From NCBI GenBank assembly GCA_038727135.1, contig JAVYWL010000002.1:32001-96000 (forward strand): 64,000 bases of DNA, written 5' to 3'. Shown piece after piece: positions 28,563 to 38,331 of the stretch. Position numbers and translations under genes: made by a program. This DNA comes from Candidatus Bathyarchaeia archaeon. GTDB lineage: Archaea > Thermoproteota > Bathyarchaeia > Bathyarchaeales > Bathycorpusculaceae. Position 1 is the first letter of the stretch. Every line of letters starts with the position of its first letter. Under the pieces are notes generated by a model, which was not told where the DNA came from, made no database searches, and was given only the letters and a program-made list of their open reading frames with translations.

Positions 28563-29798
28563 TCAGCCTTCCCAGTCTAAGAGTCTTTTTTCGCCTTCGA
28601 TCTTCTTTATGTCTGTTATGTCTTGGGAAACTTCCATTGTTCCCAAATATTTGCCGTCCTTGTCTCTAACCGCGAAGTATCTTATGTGGATTAGGCGGTC
28701 TCCCATTTGAATCCAGAATTCAGCCACATCTCTTTCGCCTTTCTTGAAGGCTTCTAGGATTCTGTTGACCACGTGGACGCTTTTCTGAGGGTGGCAAAGC
28801 TGAACCTTTCTGCCCAAAATAGCCTTCGTCCTCACGAATATGCGTTTATCCGCCTTGCTAAAGTATTTGACGGCGTCATCCTTATCCACGAAGGTTATGT
28901 CCACTGGCAGCGTGTTCAAAATAGCCTCAATCTCCTCTTTCGTTAAAGAGCCTGTTTCAAATTGTATTGTGCCTTCTGGCATAGGTTTCTCCTCGGCTGC
29001 TGGTTTTTCAAGAGTTTTGGCTGGTTTGGCTATTAAGTGTTCCGGGGTGAAGCAGCAATATCCAATTTCGTCAAAATCCGCCCTTATAGTGGACCATTCT
29101 TGCTCTGTGACAACGCGCTGGGCTGCCGGAAACAGAATGTTGTTCTCCTTGTAAATGTGGCTGTTAAGCATATCGCCCACGGCCTTTGCTAGTTCGCTAA
29201 GCTGCCTCTTAAAATCTGAAAAGTTCATTTTTGCGGCGTTCTCGATTAAGGCTTTGAGCTGCTGCTTCTTTTCCCTAACCTGGTTGTGCTCCATCCACAT
29301 TATTGCAGGGGGCTCACTTATACCATGTCTTTCCAAGACTGGGAATAGCGCGTTTTCCTCCCTCAAATAGTGCTTTTCAGCGTCTAAAAGCTCATCCGCC
29401 ACATGCCTCAGCTGTGACAGTTCTCCAGCCACCGCATCTGGGCTTTCGGCTTTTTGCACTTTTTCAACCAAGACGTTAAGCTTCTCGGCTATTTGCTGAA
29501 TCATTTTATGCTCTTCTAAAAGTATGCCAATGGGACTGGTTGGGGCAACCTCAACCTTCTGTTTTTCTAACTGCTCCCTAAAAATCGCCAAGTGAACATC
29601 GCAAAGTCTCTGAAGCTCCTCTCTTGATACACCTTCGCTTACGAGTTCCTGTTCAATTTTAGCTATTTCAAGCGAGCTCACGCCCTCAAGAAACTGTCTA
29701 AAACGCTCCTTAACCTGTTCGGGTGGGGCGCCAGCATGCAACTGCCTTAAAATTTCTTTTAAAACCTTCTTCCGCTCTTCTTCTGTCACTCCACCCAT
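28563..29798 (-). CDS. DUF438 / hemerythrin-like / PAS domain protein
   Basis: LHAG, EIAKIEQEL, LCDVH, HYLREENALFP, MWMEH, HIYKENNILFP; PAS domain LPVDITFVD...CHP..S. Confidence 0.88.
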   Translation of the reverse strand: MGGVTEEERKKVLKEILRQLHAGAPPEQVKERFRQFLEGVSSLEIAKIEQELVSEGVSREELQRLCDVHLAIFREQLEKQKVEVAPTSPIGILLEEHKMIQQIAEKLNVLVEKVQKAESPDAVAGELSQLRHVADELLDAEKHYLREENALFPVLERHGISEPPAIMWMEHNQVREKKQQLKALIENAAKMNFSDFKRQLSELAKAVGDMLNSHIYKENNILFPAAQRVVTEQEWSTIRADFDEIGYCCFTPEHLIAKPAKTLEKPAAEEKPMPEGTIQFETGSLTKEEIEAILNTLPVDITFVDKDDAVKYFSKADKRIFVRTKAILGRKVQLCHPQKSVHVVNRILEAFKKGERDVAEFWIQMGDRLIHIRYFAVRDKDGKYLGTMEVSQDITDIKKIEGEKRLLDWEG

Positions 29799-29799
29799 T

Positions 29800-30990
29800 T
29801 TAGGTGCCTCCTTCTAAAATTTTCTTGGCTAATGCTTTCCCAAGCTCCACTATGCGCTTCATGCTCTCGTCTGTTGGCGGTCCATTAATTTCTAGCGCAC
29901 CGATAACCTCGATTTTAAAGTCGCCAAGTATTTCTTGAATTTGTCGTATTGCGCCTCCACCCCAACCATAAGAGCTTAAGACAACAGCGAATTTTGTTGG
30001 TGGACGCAAAGCCTTGAAAAGGTATGTGGCATAAACAGCCAATGGATGGGCTCCGCCCAAAACTGTTGGTGCACCAAGCACTATGGCTCTTGAATCCACA
30101 AGGTCTTTGGCTAAATCGCCAACATCAGTCACTGCTAAGTTGTGGAAGGCTAATTCGATGCCTTCCGATGCTAGTGTTTCAGCCATCTGCTTAACCATGG
30201 CATCTGTGCTGCTCCACATACTTACATAGGCTATTGTCGCCTTCGCTCGCGTTTCGCCAACCGCCCAACGCCTATAAGCGTTTAAAATAAGCTCTGGCTT
30301 TCTATGGATGGGACCATGGCTAGGCGCTATCATTCTAATTTTTAGGTTGGCGATTTTTTCTAGGGCTTTCTGTGCCATAGCCCTGAAAGGCATCATTATC
30401 TCGCCCCAATAACGCTGGGCGTGGACAAGCAAGTCCTCAATTTCGTCACTGTAGACGCCTCCAGCCATGTGGGCGCCGAAAAAGTCACATGGGAAAAGTA
30501 TTCCATCTTCTTCCAAGTATGTGAACGTTGTTTCTGGCCAATGGAGCATAGGCGCCTCAATAAAGCGCAGGTTTTTGTCGCCTAGACTTATGGCCTCATT
30601 GTCAGCTACAACCTTAATTCGCTCTTGTGGAACGTGATAATAAACTTGAGCCATTTTTGCGCCTCTGCCAGTAGCCACTAGTTTAGCTTTCGATGCGATT
30701 TTCATTATGTGGGGTATGGCGCCAGCGTGGTCTGGCTCCGCATGATTCATGACAACGTAATCAATTTCTTCTGGTTTTGCCATGTTGCGGATTTTATCTT
30801 CCAAATCTTTTTCGAAGCCCGGATTTACAGTGTCTATTAAGGCTTTCCCATCGCTGCCAATGATGAGGTAAGCGTTATAGGATGTGCCTTTTGGAAGCGG
30901 GATTAGGGCGTCGAAAATTCTGCGGTTCCAATCTCTTACGCCTACCCAGTAAACGTTTTCCGCTATTTTCAGAACGTTTCTTTCAGTCAC
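29800..30990 (-). CDS. fprA: Flavodiiron protein (FprA family)
   Basis: GTSYNAYLI, NHAEPDH, LHWPE, CDFFGAH and APSHG motifs plus a C-terminal flavodoxin domain (SYGWGGGA). Confidence 0.93.
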   Translation of the reverse strand: MTERNVLKIAENVYWVGVRDWNRRIFDALIPLPKGTSYNAYLIIGSDGKALIDTVNPGFEKDLEDKIRNMAKPEEIDYVVMNHAEPDHAGAIPHIMKIASKAKLVATGRGAKMAQVYYHVPQERIKVVADNEAISLGDKNLRFIEAPMLHWPETTFTYLEEDGILFPCDFFGAHMAGGVYSDEIEDLLVHAQRYWGEIMMPFRAMAQKALEKIANLKIRMIAPSHGPIHRKPELILNAYRRWAVGETRAKATIAYVSMWSSTDAMVKQMAETLASEGIELAFHNLAVTDVGDLAKDLVDSRAIVLGAPTVLGGAHPLAVYATYLFKALRPPTKFAVVLSSYGWGGGAIRQIQEILGDFKIEVIGALEINGPPTDESMKRIVELGKALAKKILEGGT

Positions 30991-31000
30991 ACGCGTTCAC

Positions 31001-31022
31001 CTTTATTACAATTGTAATAAAG
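31001..31022. promoter_or_regulatory. Perfect 22-bp palindrome, probable operator
   Basis: CTTTATTACAATTGTAATAAAG is self-complementary and lies between the fprA start and a TATA-like element, opposite the divergent regulator. Confidence 0.7.
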
Positions 31023-31066
31023 TATATTTATGCCTTTCCCCACAATATAACAAGGAGGAATGAAAA

Positions 31067-31474
31067 ATGCTACTGCCATGCGAGGTCGCCGTGAAAAGCC
31101 TACTCCCACCAGTAAGGGCAGCACTAGCCAAACAACTAATGACAAAACACAACCTAAAACAGATGGAGACAGCAAAACTGCTGGGCGTAAGCCAACCTGC
31201 CATAAGCCTTTACAACAAGAAAATGCGGGGAAAAGCCCTAGACCTGGAAAAAGACAAAGAAATTAAAAGGCTAATTGATGAGTTGGCGGATTCCCTGGCA
31301 AAGGAGGGCTTATCTCACAAGGATTTTACACTAAAGTTTTGTGAAATCTGCAAAGTCGCTCGTGCAAAAGGTTTGTTGTGCAATATGCATAAGGCTTTAG
31401 ATCCAACATTTGAAACTGAAAAATGTGGATTATGCATGTCTACAGAACTAAAATGTCTAACTCAAAACCCTTAA
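31067..31474 (+). CDS. HTH transcriptional regulator with Cys-rich C-terminus (COG2522-like)
   Basis: PCE..V..LLP.VRA and HTH Q.E.AKLLGVSQPAISLY motifs; C-terminal CxxC, CxxH and CxxC. Confidence 0.85.
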   Translation: MLLPCEVAVKSLLPPVRAALAKQLMTKHNLKQMETAKLLGVSQPAISLYNKKMRGKALDLEKDKEIKRLIDELADSLAKEGLSHKDFTLKFCEICKVARAKGLLCNMHKALDPTFETEKCGLCMSTELKCLTQNP

Positions 31475-31491
31475 ATACTAAAGGGCATAAA

Positions 31492-31866
31492 ATGCAGACA
31501 AGTCATGGAAATGACAGTAAAAGAAGCGCTCAAGAATTTTTCAAGCTTTACTTAACTGCTTTAGCCACTACCTTGATACTCTTAACCTCCGGAGCGCTGA
31601 TCTACACCACCATAATGAATAAACCCTTCCTGGAAACTATTCGTGGAGCCTTGATTATCGGGGCGCTTGTTCTGCTCGGCATGGGCTTTGTGAGTTTGCT
31701 TCCATTTTTCGGAATATAGGTACATAAGAGGAGGCGCTTTAAACCCTGTCATCGCTAGGGAAGGAATGAGGCATATAAGGCTGGAAGAGACCCCAAAAGG
31801 ATGGGAATAATACTGGGATTTGTTGGCTTCACCCTTCTCCTAATATACTTCATCGTCTTTCAGTAA
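31492..31866 (+). pseudogene. Small membrane protein with two compensating frameshifts (or assembly errors)
   Basis: The ORF stops at 31719. Removing one T from the T5 run near 31705-31709 and adding one G near 31779 gives a continuous protein ending GIILGFVGFTLLLIYFIVFQ* at 31866. Confidence 0.5.
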
Positions 31867-31872
31867 AATCGC

Positions 31873-32751
31873 TTATTCTGCTAGGAACTTTATTATTTTC
31901 TCGTAGACATCCTTGTCCCTTAAGTCTTCATGCCCCTTGTATATGCTTGGGTTGTCATTAACCTCAACAACTACATAGTCGCCGTTAACCTCCTTGATGT
32001 CGACGCCGTAAAGCCCCTTCCCAATGACACTGCAGGTTTTTAGGGCTATTTCCTTGAGTTTTTGAGGCGCATTGTCACGTTTCAGAGTAACTGTTCTGCC
32101 CCATATGAAGCTTGGTTTTCCACGGCGCTTTACGCCGTGTTTCCACTTGCCCTTCGGCATCATGTACTTGCAAACATATAGAACTTCGCCGTTTAGGACG
32201 CCCACACGCCAGTCAAAGCGGGAAGGCATAAACTTCTGCACAACAATGTAGTCTGACCGCCTAAAGAATCGTTTGGCAACTTCTCGAAAGCTTGTTTCGC
32301 ATGAAACCTTCTCCACATATTTAGAGAAGCTGGTGTAAGGCGCCTTAATAACCACTGGTTTTCCAAAAAGCTCGAAGATTTCCTCTATCTGCCTATGATG
32401 AAACTCATCCTTGTTCAAAAAAAATGTTGGAATGCGCGGCACATTATACTTTTCAAAGAGCCGGTACTGGTGGATTTTGTTGGCGCAAATCCTAATCGAA
32501 ATTGGGTCGTCAACAACTTTTAAGCCAAGCTCCCAAGCAGTTTTTGAAACTACATAGGCTGTGTAAAGCGGGTCGGTGGTCGCCCTAATGAAAACTGCGT
32601 CATACTTTGGGATTTCAGAAAGTCCGCTTCTAAATAAGAAGTTGAACGAATGCCCCATCTGCTCAGCTGTTTGCTTAAAGGTTTGGAGAGCCTCAGCTTC
32701 GTCAGAATATGTGAAATTGTATTTTTCAACAAAACATGCTATCCGCGTCAA
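31873..32751 (-). CDS. RimK-family ATP-grasp ligase
   Basis: FIRATT, VVDDP.SI..CANK, PVVIKAP..SFS, QKFMP..FDWRVGVL, GLYGVDIK and EVNDNP motifs. Confidence 0.9.
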   Translation of the reverse strand: MTRIACFVEKYNFTYSDEAEALQTFKQTAEQMGHSFNFLFRSGLSEIPKYDAVFIRATTDPLYTAYVVSKTAWELGLKVVDDPISIRICANKIHQYRLFEKYNVPRIPTFFLNKDEFHHRQIEEIFELFGKPVVIKAPYTSFSKYVEKVSCETSFREVAKRFFRRSDYIVVQKFMPSRFDWRVGVLNGEVLYVCKYMMPKGKWKHGVKRRGKPSFIWGRTVTLKRDNAPQKLKEIALKTCSVIGKGLYGVDIKEVNGDYVVVEVNDNPSIYKGHEDLRDKDVYEKIIKFLAE

Positions 32752-33479
32752 TCAAACCATCCTTTCCCGGAAACCCGGGAAACAATTTGAGAAATCATAT
32801 CAACGTCAGGAGGCGTAATTTCCTCCATCTTTAAGGGTTGAAGCCCACAAAGGTAGGTTTTCCCATTGAAACGTTGAATATGCAATTTGCATACTGGAAT
32901 TTTGAAGGTTTCATAGACTTTTTTGGCTATTTCCCGTGTGTTGCTGTCTTCATGGACGCATTCGCCGAAGAAGGATTTAACGGAAACTATTTCGCCACGT
33001 AGTGGTTGGGCGCAAACGGCATAACGGTAGTTCATGCTTAGGCTTTTGACAGCCTTGTATAGGGCAGTTCTATTTCTTGCTGTTTGGAAACCGTTAAACG
33101 AAAAGGGATTAACTGCGAAGACAACAACTGGGAAGCTGAATTCAGCCATTATCTGCTTAACAGAGTCCGTAACAAGATATGGCGTTACTGGCGTCCCATT
33201 TTTTGAAGCTCTAACCAGTAGAACCGGCAGCCTGTAAGCATCTATGGCGTTTTCCGTTGTTGGGACAACATCGTTTCCAAGAATTTCAGCGTGAAGCGAA
33301 ACATAATAGCCTGTTTTCATGTATCTGTAGTCGTTGTTTATGTTGAGAATGAAGTCCCTAACAGAAGACTTGAGGAAGGCTGATGGTTTTATTATGGACG
33401 CGTTTGTTCTTAGGTCGATGTTTGAGACGACCAGCACGCAAGAGGCACCAGACAACAGAAAACAGCTAACACCATCCAA
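32748..33479 (-). CDS. RimK-like ATP-grasp N-terminal (RLAN) domain protein
   Basis: ILNINNDYRYMKTGYYVSLHAE.LG..V.P signature; 4-nt overlap with the RimK gene. Confidence 0.78.
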   Translation of the reverse strand: MDGVSCFLLSGASCVLVVSNIDLRTNASIIKPSAFLKSSVRDFILNINNDYRYMKTGYYVSLHAEILGNDVVPTTENAIDAYRLPVLLVRASKNGTPVTPYLVTDSVKQIMAEFSFPVVVFAVNPFSFNGFQTARNRTALYKAVKSLSMNYRYAVCAQPLRGEIVSVKSFFGECVHEDSNTREIAKKVYETFKIPVCKLHIQRFNGKTYLCGLQPLKMEEITPPDVDMISQIVSRVSGKGWFD

Positions 33480-33551
33480 ATATTTAAAACTAACTATGCA
33501 ACTATGCCAATCAACTCTATTCCTAGCGGGGAAATGCTATAAGCTTATATT

Positions 33552-34784
33552 TTGGCTGGCTGCACAATTCTCTCTGTTAAAGAGGCAGTCTGTACGTACA
33601 GAACCTTAGAGGTTCTCGGACCAGAACATGAGTTCTCGCTCGTAGATGAAAATTTGAGGGCTTTGCCAATGGTTGACAAAGTCATAAAGGATGTTTATGG
33701 GCGAGTTGTAAACTTTGTGGAGTTTGGCAACTTCACCTTTGGAAAAGAATTGCAACTTCACGTTGTTGAGGTTAAGCCTAACAAACCTTTCAAGTCACCA
33801 AAAACCTTTGAAGAGAACATGCATGAGGCTGTTTTAAGGCTCAGCGAAATGCTTGAACATCGTTATGGAGCGAGGCTTTTGGGAACTGGGATGCATCCGA
33901 CATTGAGGCTTGAGGAAACAGCCGTTTGGCCGCATCGCCACAAGCAGATTTACGAGGCTTTCAGCCGAATCTTCAACCTTAAACAGCATGGATGGCTTAA
34001 CATACAAAGCTTTCAACTTAACATTCCATATGCCGATGAAGCCAAAGCCGTTCAAATGCATAACCTGCTTGCCAACGTCTGCGCCTATCTTCCAGCTGTT
34101 TCGGCTTCCTCCCCCATCTTTGAGGGGCAATTAGGCGATTACGTGGATAATAGGCTTCTCTTTTACATGGAAAACCAGAAGGAAATTCCATCAGTAACTG
34201 GAAAAGTCGTTCCCGAATATGTTCAGTCCTTTAGGCAGTATAGGCAGGAAGTTATTGGGCGTTATTCGGCTGATTTAGCCAAGGTTGGAGCCCACAGTTG
34301 CATCCTCAACAAGGAATGGGTTAACTCGAGGGGCATAATCTTCCGCTTTGAAAGGAAAGCCCTAGAAATAAGGGTCATGGACGAACAGGAATGCATAAAA
34401 TCCGACGTGGCTCTAAGCTGTTTTATAAGGGCGCTGCTTAGAGGCTTGATGAAAACGGATGAGCCTTTAATGCCGACGGAAGTTTTGGCTGAAGACTTCA
34501 AGTCCGTCATAAAATATGGCTTAGAGGCGAAAGTGCTCCATTCCAATGGGCCAACAGCTAGGCATGTGTGCAGACACTTTTTAAAAGTCGCTTGGGAAAA
34601 CGCCACATCCGAAGAGAAGGAATATCTCCCCTTAATAGAGAAGCGTGTTGAACACGGCAACCTTTCAGATGTCATCAGAGAGAAAGTCAAAGTTAGGGCG
34701 CAGAAGACGAATATGCATGAGGCAATTATAGACGTTTACTCGAAACTTTTAAACAGCCTAGAGGCTAATGAACCCATATTTTGA
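33552..34784 (+). CDS. Glutamate--cysteine ligase family 2 (GCS2) carboxylate-amine ligase
   Basis: GPEHEF, ELQLHVVE, GMHP, HGWLNIQS.QLN, ASSP, NSRG...RF and EIRVMDEQEC motifs; exact start uncertain. Confidence 0.85.
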   Translation: MAGCTILSVKEAVCTYRTLEVLGPEHEFSLVDENLRALPMVDKVIKDVYGRVVNFVEFGNFTFGKELQLHVVEVKPNKPFKSPKTFEENMHEAVLRLSEMLEHRYGARLLGTGMHPTLRLEETAVWPHRHKQIYEAFSRIFNLKQHGWLNIQSFQLNIPYADEAKAVQMHNLLANVCAYLPAVSASSPIFEGQLGDYVDNRLLFYMENQKEIPSVTGKVVPEYVQSFRQYRQEVIGRYSADLAKVGAHSCILNKEWVNSRGIIFRFERKALEIRVMDEQECIKSDVALSCFIRALLRGLMKTDEPLMPTEVLAEDFKSVIKYGLEAKVLHSNGPTARHVCRHFLKVAWENATSEEKEYLPLIEKRVEHGNLSDVIREKVKVRAQKTNMHEAIIDVYSKLLNSLEANEPIF

Positions 34785-34790
34785 TAGAGG

Positions 34791-35339
34791 TTGGAAGCGC
34801 GTATGCAAGCTGAAGGCGAACGCCAGAAAAACTTCTTTAACATTTGCGGCACTTGCAAGATTAACTGTTGCTGGGATGCTAGACCGCCAATAACCGAAAA
34901 GCGTGAAAAAATTATTCTAGAATACTTGAAGGCGCATGGCATCCACGTTGAGAATCCTTTCGTGCATGCTGAATATACTTTTCCAAGGGAAGACGAAGGC
35001 GGATACTGCATATTTTATGATAGGACGACGAGAAAATGTGTTGTGCATCCAGCAAAGCCAGAAACATGCGTCGCTGGTCCCATAACCTTCGACATAAACA
35101 AGGCGACTGGTAAAATTGAGTGGTACTTGAAGATGGAGAAAATTTGTCCCCTCGCTGGAGTAATTTACGAGGATAAAGCCCTCTTTAAGAAGCATTTTGA
35201 AGCCGCTAGAAGGGAAATTCTGCAGCTTGTAAGAGAACTGACGCCAAAGGCTTTGAAGATCATATTGAAGCGAGAAGAACCAGACACATTCAAGATAGGG
35301 GAGGAAGAAATAGAAGGGGAAATTTTGGATAAACTATAG
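34791..35339 (+). CDS. YkgJ-family CxxCxxxCC putative Fe-S/Zn protein
   Basis: CGTCKINCC, CIFY, C.VH..KP.TC..GP and CPL motifs. Confidence 0.82.
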   Translation: MEARMQAEGERQKNFFNICGTCKINCCWDARPPITEKREKIILEYLKAHGIHVENPFVHAEYTFPREDEGGYCIFYDRTTRKCVVHPAKPETCVAGPITFDINKATGKIEWYLKMEKICPLAGVIYEDKALFKKHFEAARREILQLVRELTPKALKIILKREEPDTFKIGEEEIEGEILDKL

Positions 35340-35376
35340 GATAACATGTCGCAGGAGAATGTTAATTTTCAGCGTT

Positions 35377-38088
35377 TTAAGTTCTAGTGATCTTCCGCAT
35401 AAAAATTTCTGGCATAACAAGAAAGCCCAAGCATGAAAGGGACGCAACAATTACCCATTCAGCTATGTCTAATTGTGCTGTATGAAAAAGAAGGCTTAAT
35501 GCGGGAACATAAACAACAGCCAAAGTTGAAACTACAGATATAAGCACACCTGCAAGCAGCCACCTGTTGGTTAAGAAGCCCGCTTTGAAGGCATTTTTGG
35601 TTTCTGATCTGCAGTTCCAAACAACCACCAACTCGTAGAAACATGCCACTAGGAAAGCCATGGTTCTCGCTTTTTCAAGAGAACCCAAAACAGCGAAGCC
35701 CCACCAAAAAGCAGCGATCTCCGCTGCCAGCTGAATCAACGTGGATGCAAGAATGAAAATTAGCATGCCATGCAATAAGCCCTCCTTTGGGCTGCGGGGA
35801 GGTTTTTCCATAACATCCTCGGCTGGCGGATCTTTGCCTAAGGCTATTGCGGGCGGTCCGTCGGTGACAAGATTTAACCACAAGATCATTGTTGGCAGAA
35901 GGGGTATGGGCAAACCAGCTAAGGCAAAGGACCCTACAAGGATCAGTTCAGTAAAGTTGAGGGCGAGGAGAAACCTTATGAACTTTCTAATGTTGTTGTA
36001 AATTATTCGACCTCCTTCAACAGCTTTGACTATTGTGGCGAAGTTATCGTCTGCCAGAACCATGTCTGAAGCCTCCTTAGCCACGTCTGTTCCGGTTATG
36101 CCCATGGCTACGCCAATATCCGCTTGCTTTAGTGCTGGTGCATCGTTGACACCGTCCCCTGTCATTGCCACAATGTGCCCCTTCCTTTTCAAAATCTTAA
36201 CTATGCGAAGCTTGTGTTCAGGGGAGACTCTTGCGTAAACTGTTACTTTTTCAACAATTTCCTCAAACTTCTCGTCGCTTAGCTGGTCTAGTTCAGCGCC
36301 TGTTAAGACTAAGTCGCCCTCATTGTATATGCCGACTTCCTTCGCCACGGCGATGGCTGTGAGTTTGTGGTCTCCCGTTATCATCACAGCTTTTATTCCA
36401 GCTTTTTGGCATAGTTTAACGGCTTCCTTGGCTTCCTCTCTTGGCGGGTCAATCATCCCAACAAGTCCGACAAAAACCATGTCATGTTCGATGCTTTCTT
36501 CATTGTATTCGTTATCTAGGCTTGGTAGAACCTTGTAGGCTAAGCCTAACACACGAAGCGCTTGACTTGCCATTTCCTCGTTTTTTCTTAGAATTAGTTC
36601 TCTTCCCGCCTTGCTAAGTTTCGTTTCTTTCCCATCCATGTATATGTAACTGCAAAGTTGCAAGACGACTTCTGGAGAGCCTTTAGTAAAGGCAAGATAA
36701 CGCCCATCATCAGTCTTATGCAGTGTTGTCATACGTTTCCTTTCAGAACTAAATGGGATTTCGCTCACTCTCGGATACTCTTTTTCCACATAGCTCTTCC
36801 ATATTCCTGCCTTTGCCGCCGCAACAATGAGTGCTCCCTCGGTAGGGTCTCCGAGAATTGTTTGCCCATCATAGGAGGCGTTATTACATAATGCTCCAAT
36901 TTTAAGGAGCAACGCTATCCCGGGTTCAAGAATAGGGTTTATTTGTGTACCATCCTTTTGGAACTCGCCGATTGCTGAGTAGCCAGAACCCGTAACATCA
37001 ATCATCTTGTTGTTGACGAAGATTTTGCGTACCGTCATTTCACCCTTTGTCAACGTGCCAGTTTTATCTGAGCATATGACTGTTGTGGAGCCCAAAGTTT
37101 CCACAGAGGCGAGTCTCCGAATTACCGCGTTGCGTTTAGCAAGCTCTCTGGCACCAAGAGCAAGGGTCACAGTAACAATGGCTGGTAAGCCTTCGGGAAC
37201 GGCAGACACAGCTAAAGCCACAGAGGTCATAAATATCTCGATGCCGATTACGGCGTTCCTCAGAAACGCAAGCGCCAGAATTAACGCCGCAGCAACAACC
37301 ACCAAACCGATTTTCTTGGCGAACTTATCAAGTTTAGTTTTTAAGGGGATTTCCTCTTTTTCAACTGCTTGAACCATTTCTGCTATTTTGCCAAACTCTG
37401 TGCTCATCCCGGTGGCTACAACTACGGCCTTTCCTCTTCCATAAACCACATGGGTTGCAGCGAAAACCATGTTTCGCCTTTCAGATACCACCGTGTTTTC
37501 AGGCAAAACCATCGTGCTCTTGTTTACCGGAACAGATTCCCCCGTTAAAACAGCCTCGTTGACCCTAAGTTCAAAAGCTTCGATAACTCTGCCATCAGCA
37601 GACACACGATCCCCAGCTTCGAGGACCAGAATGTCTCCGGGAACAACTTCCCTTGCTGGAATTGAAACTTCTTTGCCATCCCGCAGCACCCTCGCTTTGG
37701 GAGCTGCCAATTTCTCCATGGCTTCTATTGCCTTTTCCGACCTATACTCTTGTATAAAGCCAACAACAGCGTTGAGAATAACAATGGCGCCAATCACGAT
37801 CGCGTCAGCATATGTTTCTATTGCCGCGTGAGGTTTAGCTGCGGTTTCAGCTTCAAACCAGCCAATTACGACTGAAATAACAATGGCCGCCAACAAAATC
37901 AGTGTGAAAACATTTTTGAACTGAAGTAGGAAAATCTTGAACAGGGAAATTCTTTTTCGCCTTTCAAACTCGTTATAACCGAACTTACGTAGCCTAAGCG
38001 CAGCTTCTTCAGTGCTCAAGCCCTTCCGGTCGGAATTTAAAGCATGCAGAACATCCTCTACATCCATTGCATGCCATCGATGAGCCAA
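35377..38088 (-). CDS. Cation-translocating P-type ATPase (type II, Ca2+-like)
   Basis: LTGES, VPEGL, DKTGT, KGSPE, MITGD and GDGVNDAP motifs. Confidence 0.95.
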   Translation of the reverse strand: MAHRWHAMDVEDVLHALNSDRKGLSTEEAALRLRKFGYNEFERRKRISLFKIFLLQFKNVFTLILLAAIVISVVIGWFEAETAAKPHAAIETYADAIVIGAIVILNAVVGFIQEYRSEKAIEAMEKLAAPKARVLRDGKEVSIPAREVVPGDILVLEAGDRVSADGRVIEAFELRVNEAVLTGESVPVNKSTMVLPENTVVSERRNMVFAATHVVYGRGKAVVVATGMSTEFGKIAEMVQAVEKEEIPLKTKLDKFAKKIGLVVVAAALILALAFLRNAVIGIEIFMTSVALAVSAVPEGLPAIVTVTLALGARELAKRNAVIRRLASVETLGSTTVICSDKTGTLTKGEMTVRKIFVNNKMIDVTGSGYSAIGEFQKDGTQINPILEPGIALLLKIGALCNNASYDGQTILGDPTEGALIVAAAKAGIWKSYVEKEYPRVSEIPFSSERKRMTTLHKTDDGRYLAFTKGSPEVVLQLCSYIYMDGKETKLSKAGRELILRKNEEMASQALRVLGLAYKVLPSLDNEYNEESIEHDMVFVGLVGMIDPPREEAKEAVKLCQKAGIKAVMITGDHKLTAIAVAKEVGIYNEGDLVLTGAELDQLSDEKFEEIVEKVTVYARVSPEHKLRIVKILKRKGHIVAMTGDGVNDAPALKQADIGVAMGITGTDVAKEASDMVLADDNFATIVKAVEGGRIIYNNIRKFIRFLLALNFTELILVGSFALAGLPIPLLPTMILWLNLVTDGPPAIALGKDPPAEDVMEKPPRSPKEGLLHGMLIFILASTLIQLAAEIAAFWWGFAVLGSLEKARTMAFLVACFYELVVVWNCRSETKNAFKAGFLTNRWLLAGVLISVVSTLAVVYVPALSLLFHTAQLDIAEWVIVASLSCLGFLVMPEIFMRKITRT

Positions 38089-38331
38089 GCTTCTTCCCTA
38101 CCGGCTATGCTACCATCAATTATAACTGGTCTTCTAAACAAACGTGGAGGATAATTTTGAGAATCTAACATATAATCCTTTTAGTCATCAATTTGGATAC
38201 TTTTTCGCAAAAATCTAGAGGGGGCTATCCAATTTACGGCTGCTACAACTCATAAATTTGATGTTGCGTGTTGCAAAATGCTTTTACCTTTGGTTTTCCG
38301 CTATTCCTATAGCATCGAGGTTTAAACCGCT

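Noticed and set aside
31717-31760. Amber read-through of two in-frame TAG codons
   Set aside because: A double frameshift in homopolymers gives a more protein-like sequence, and no Pyl machinery is seen.
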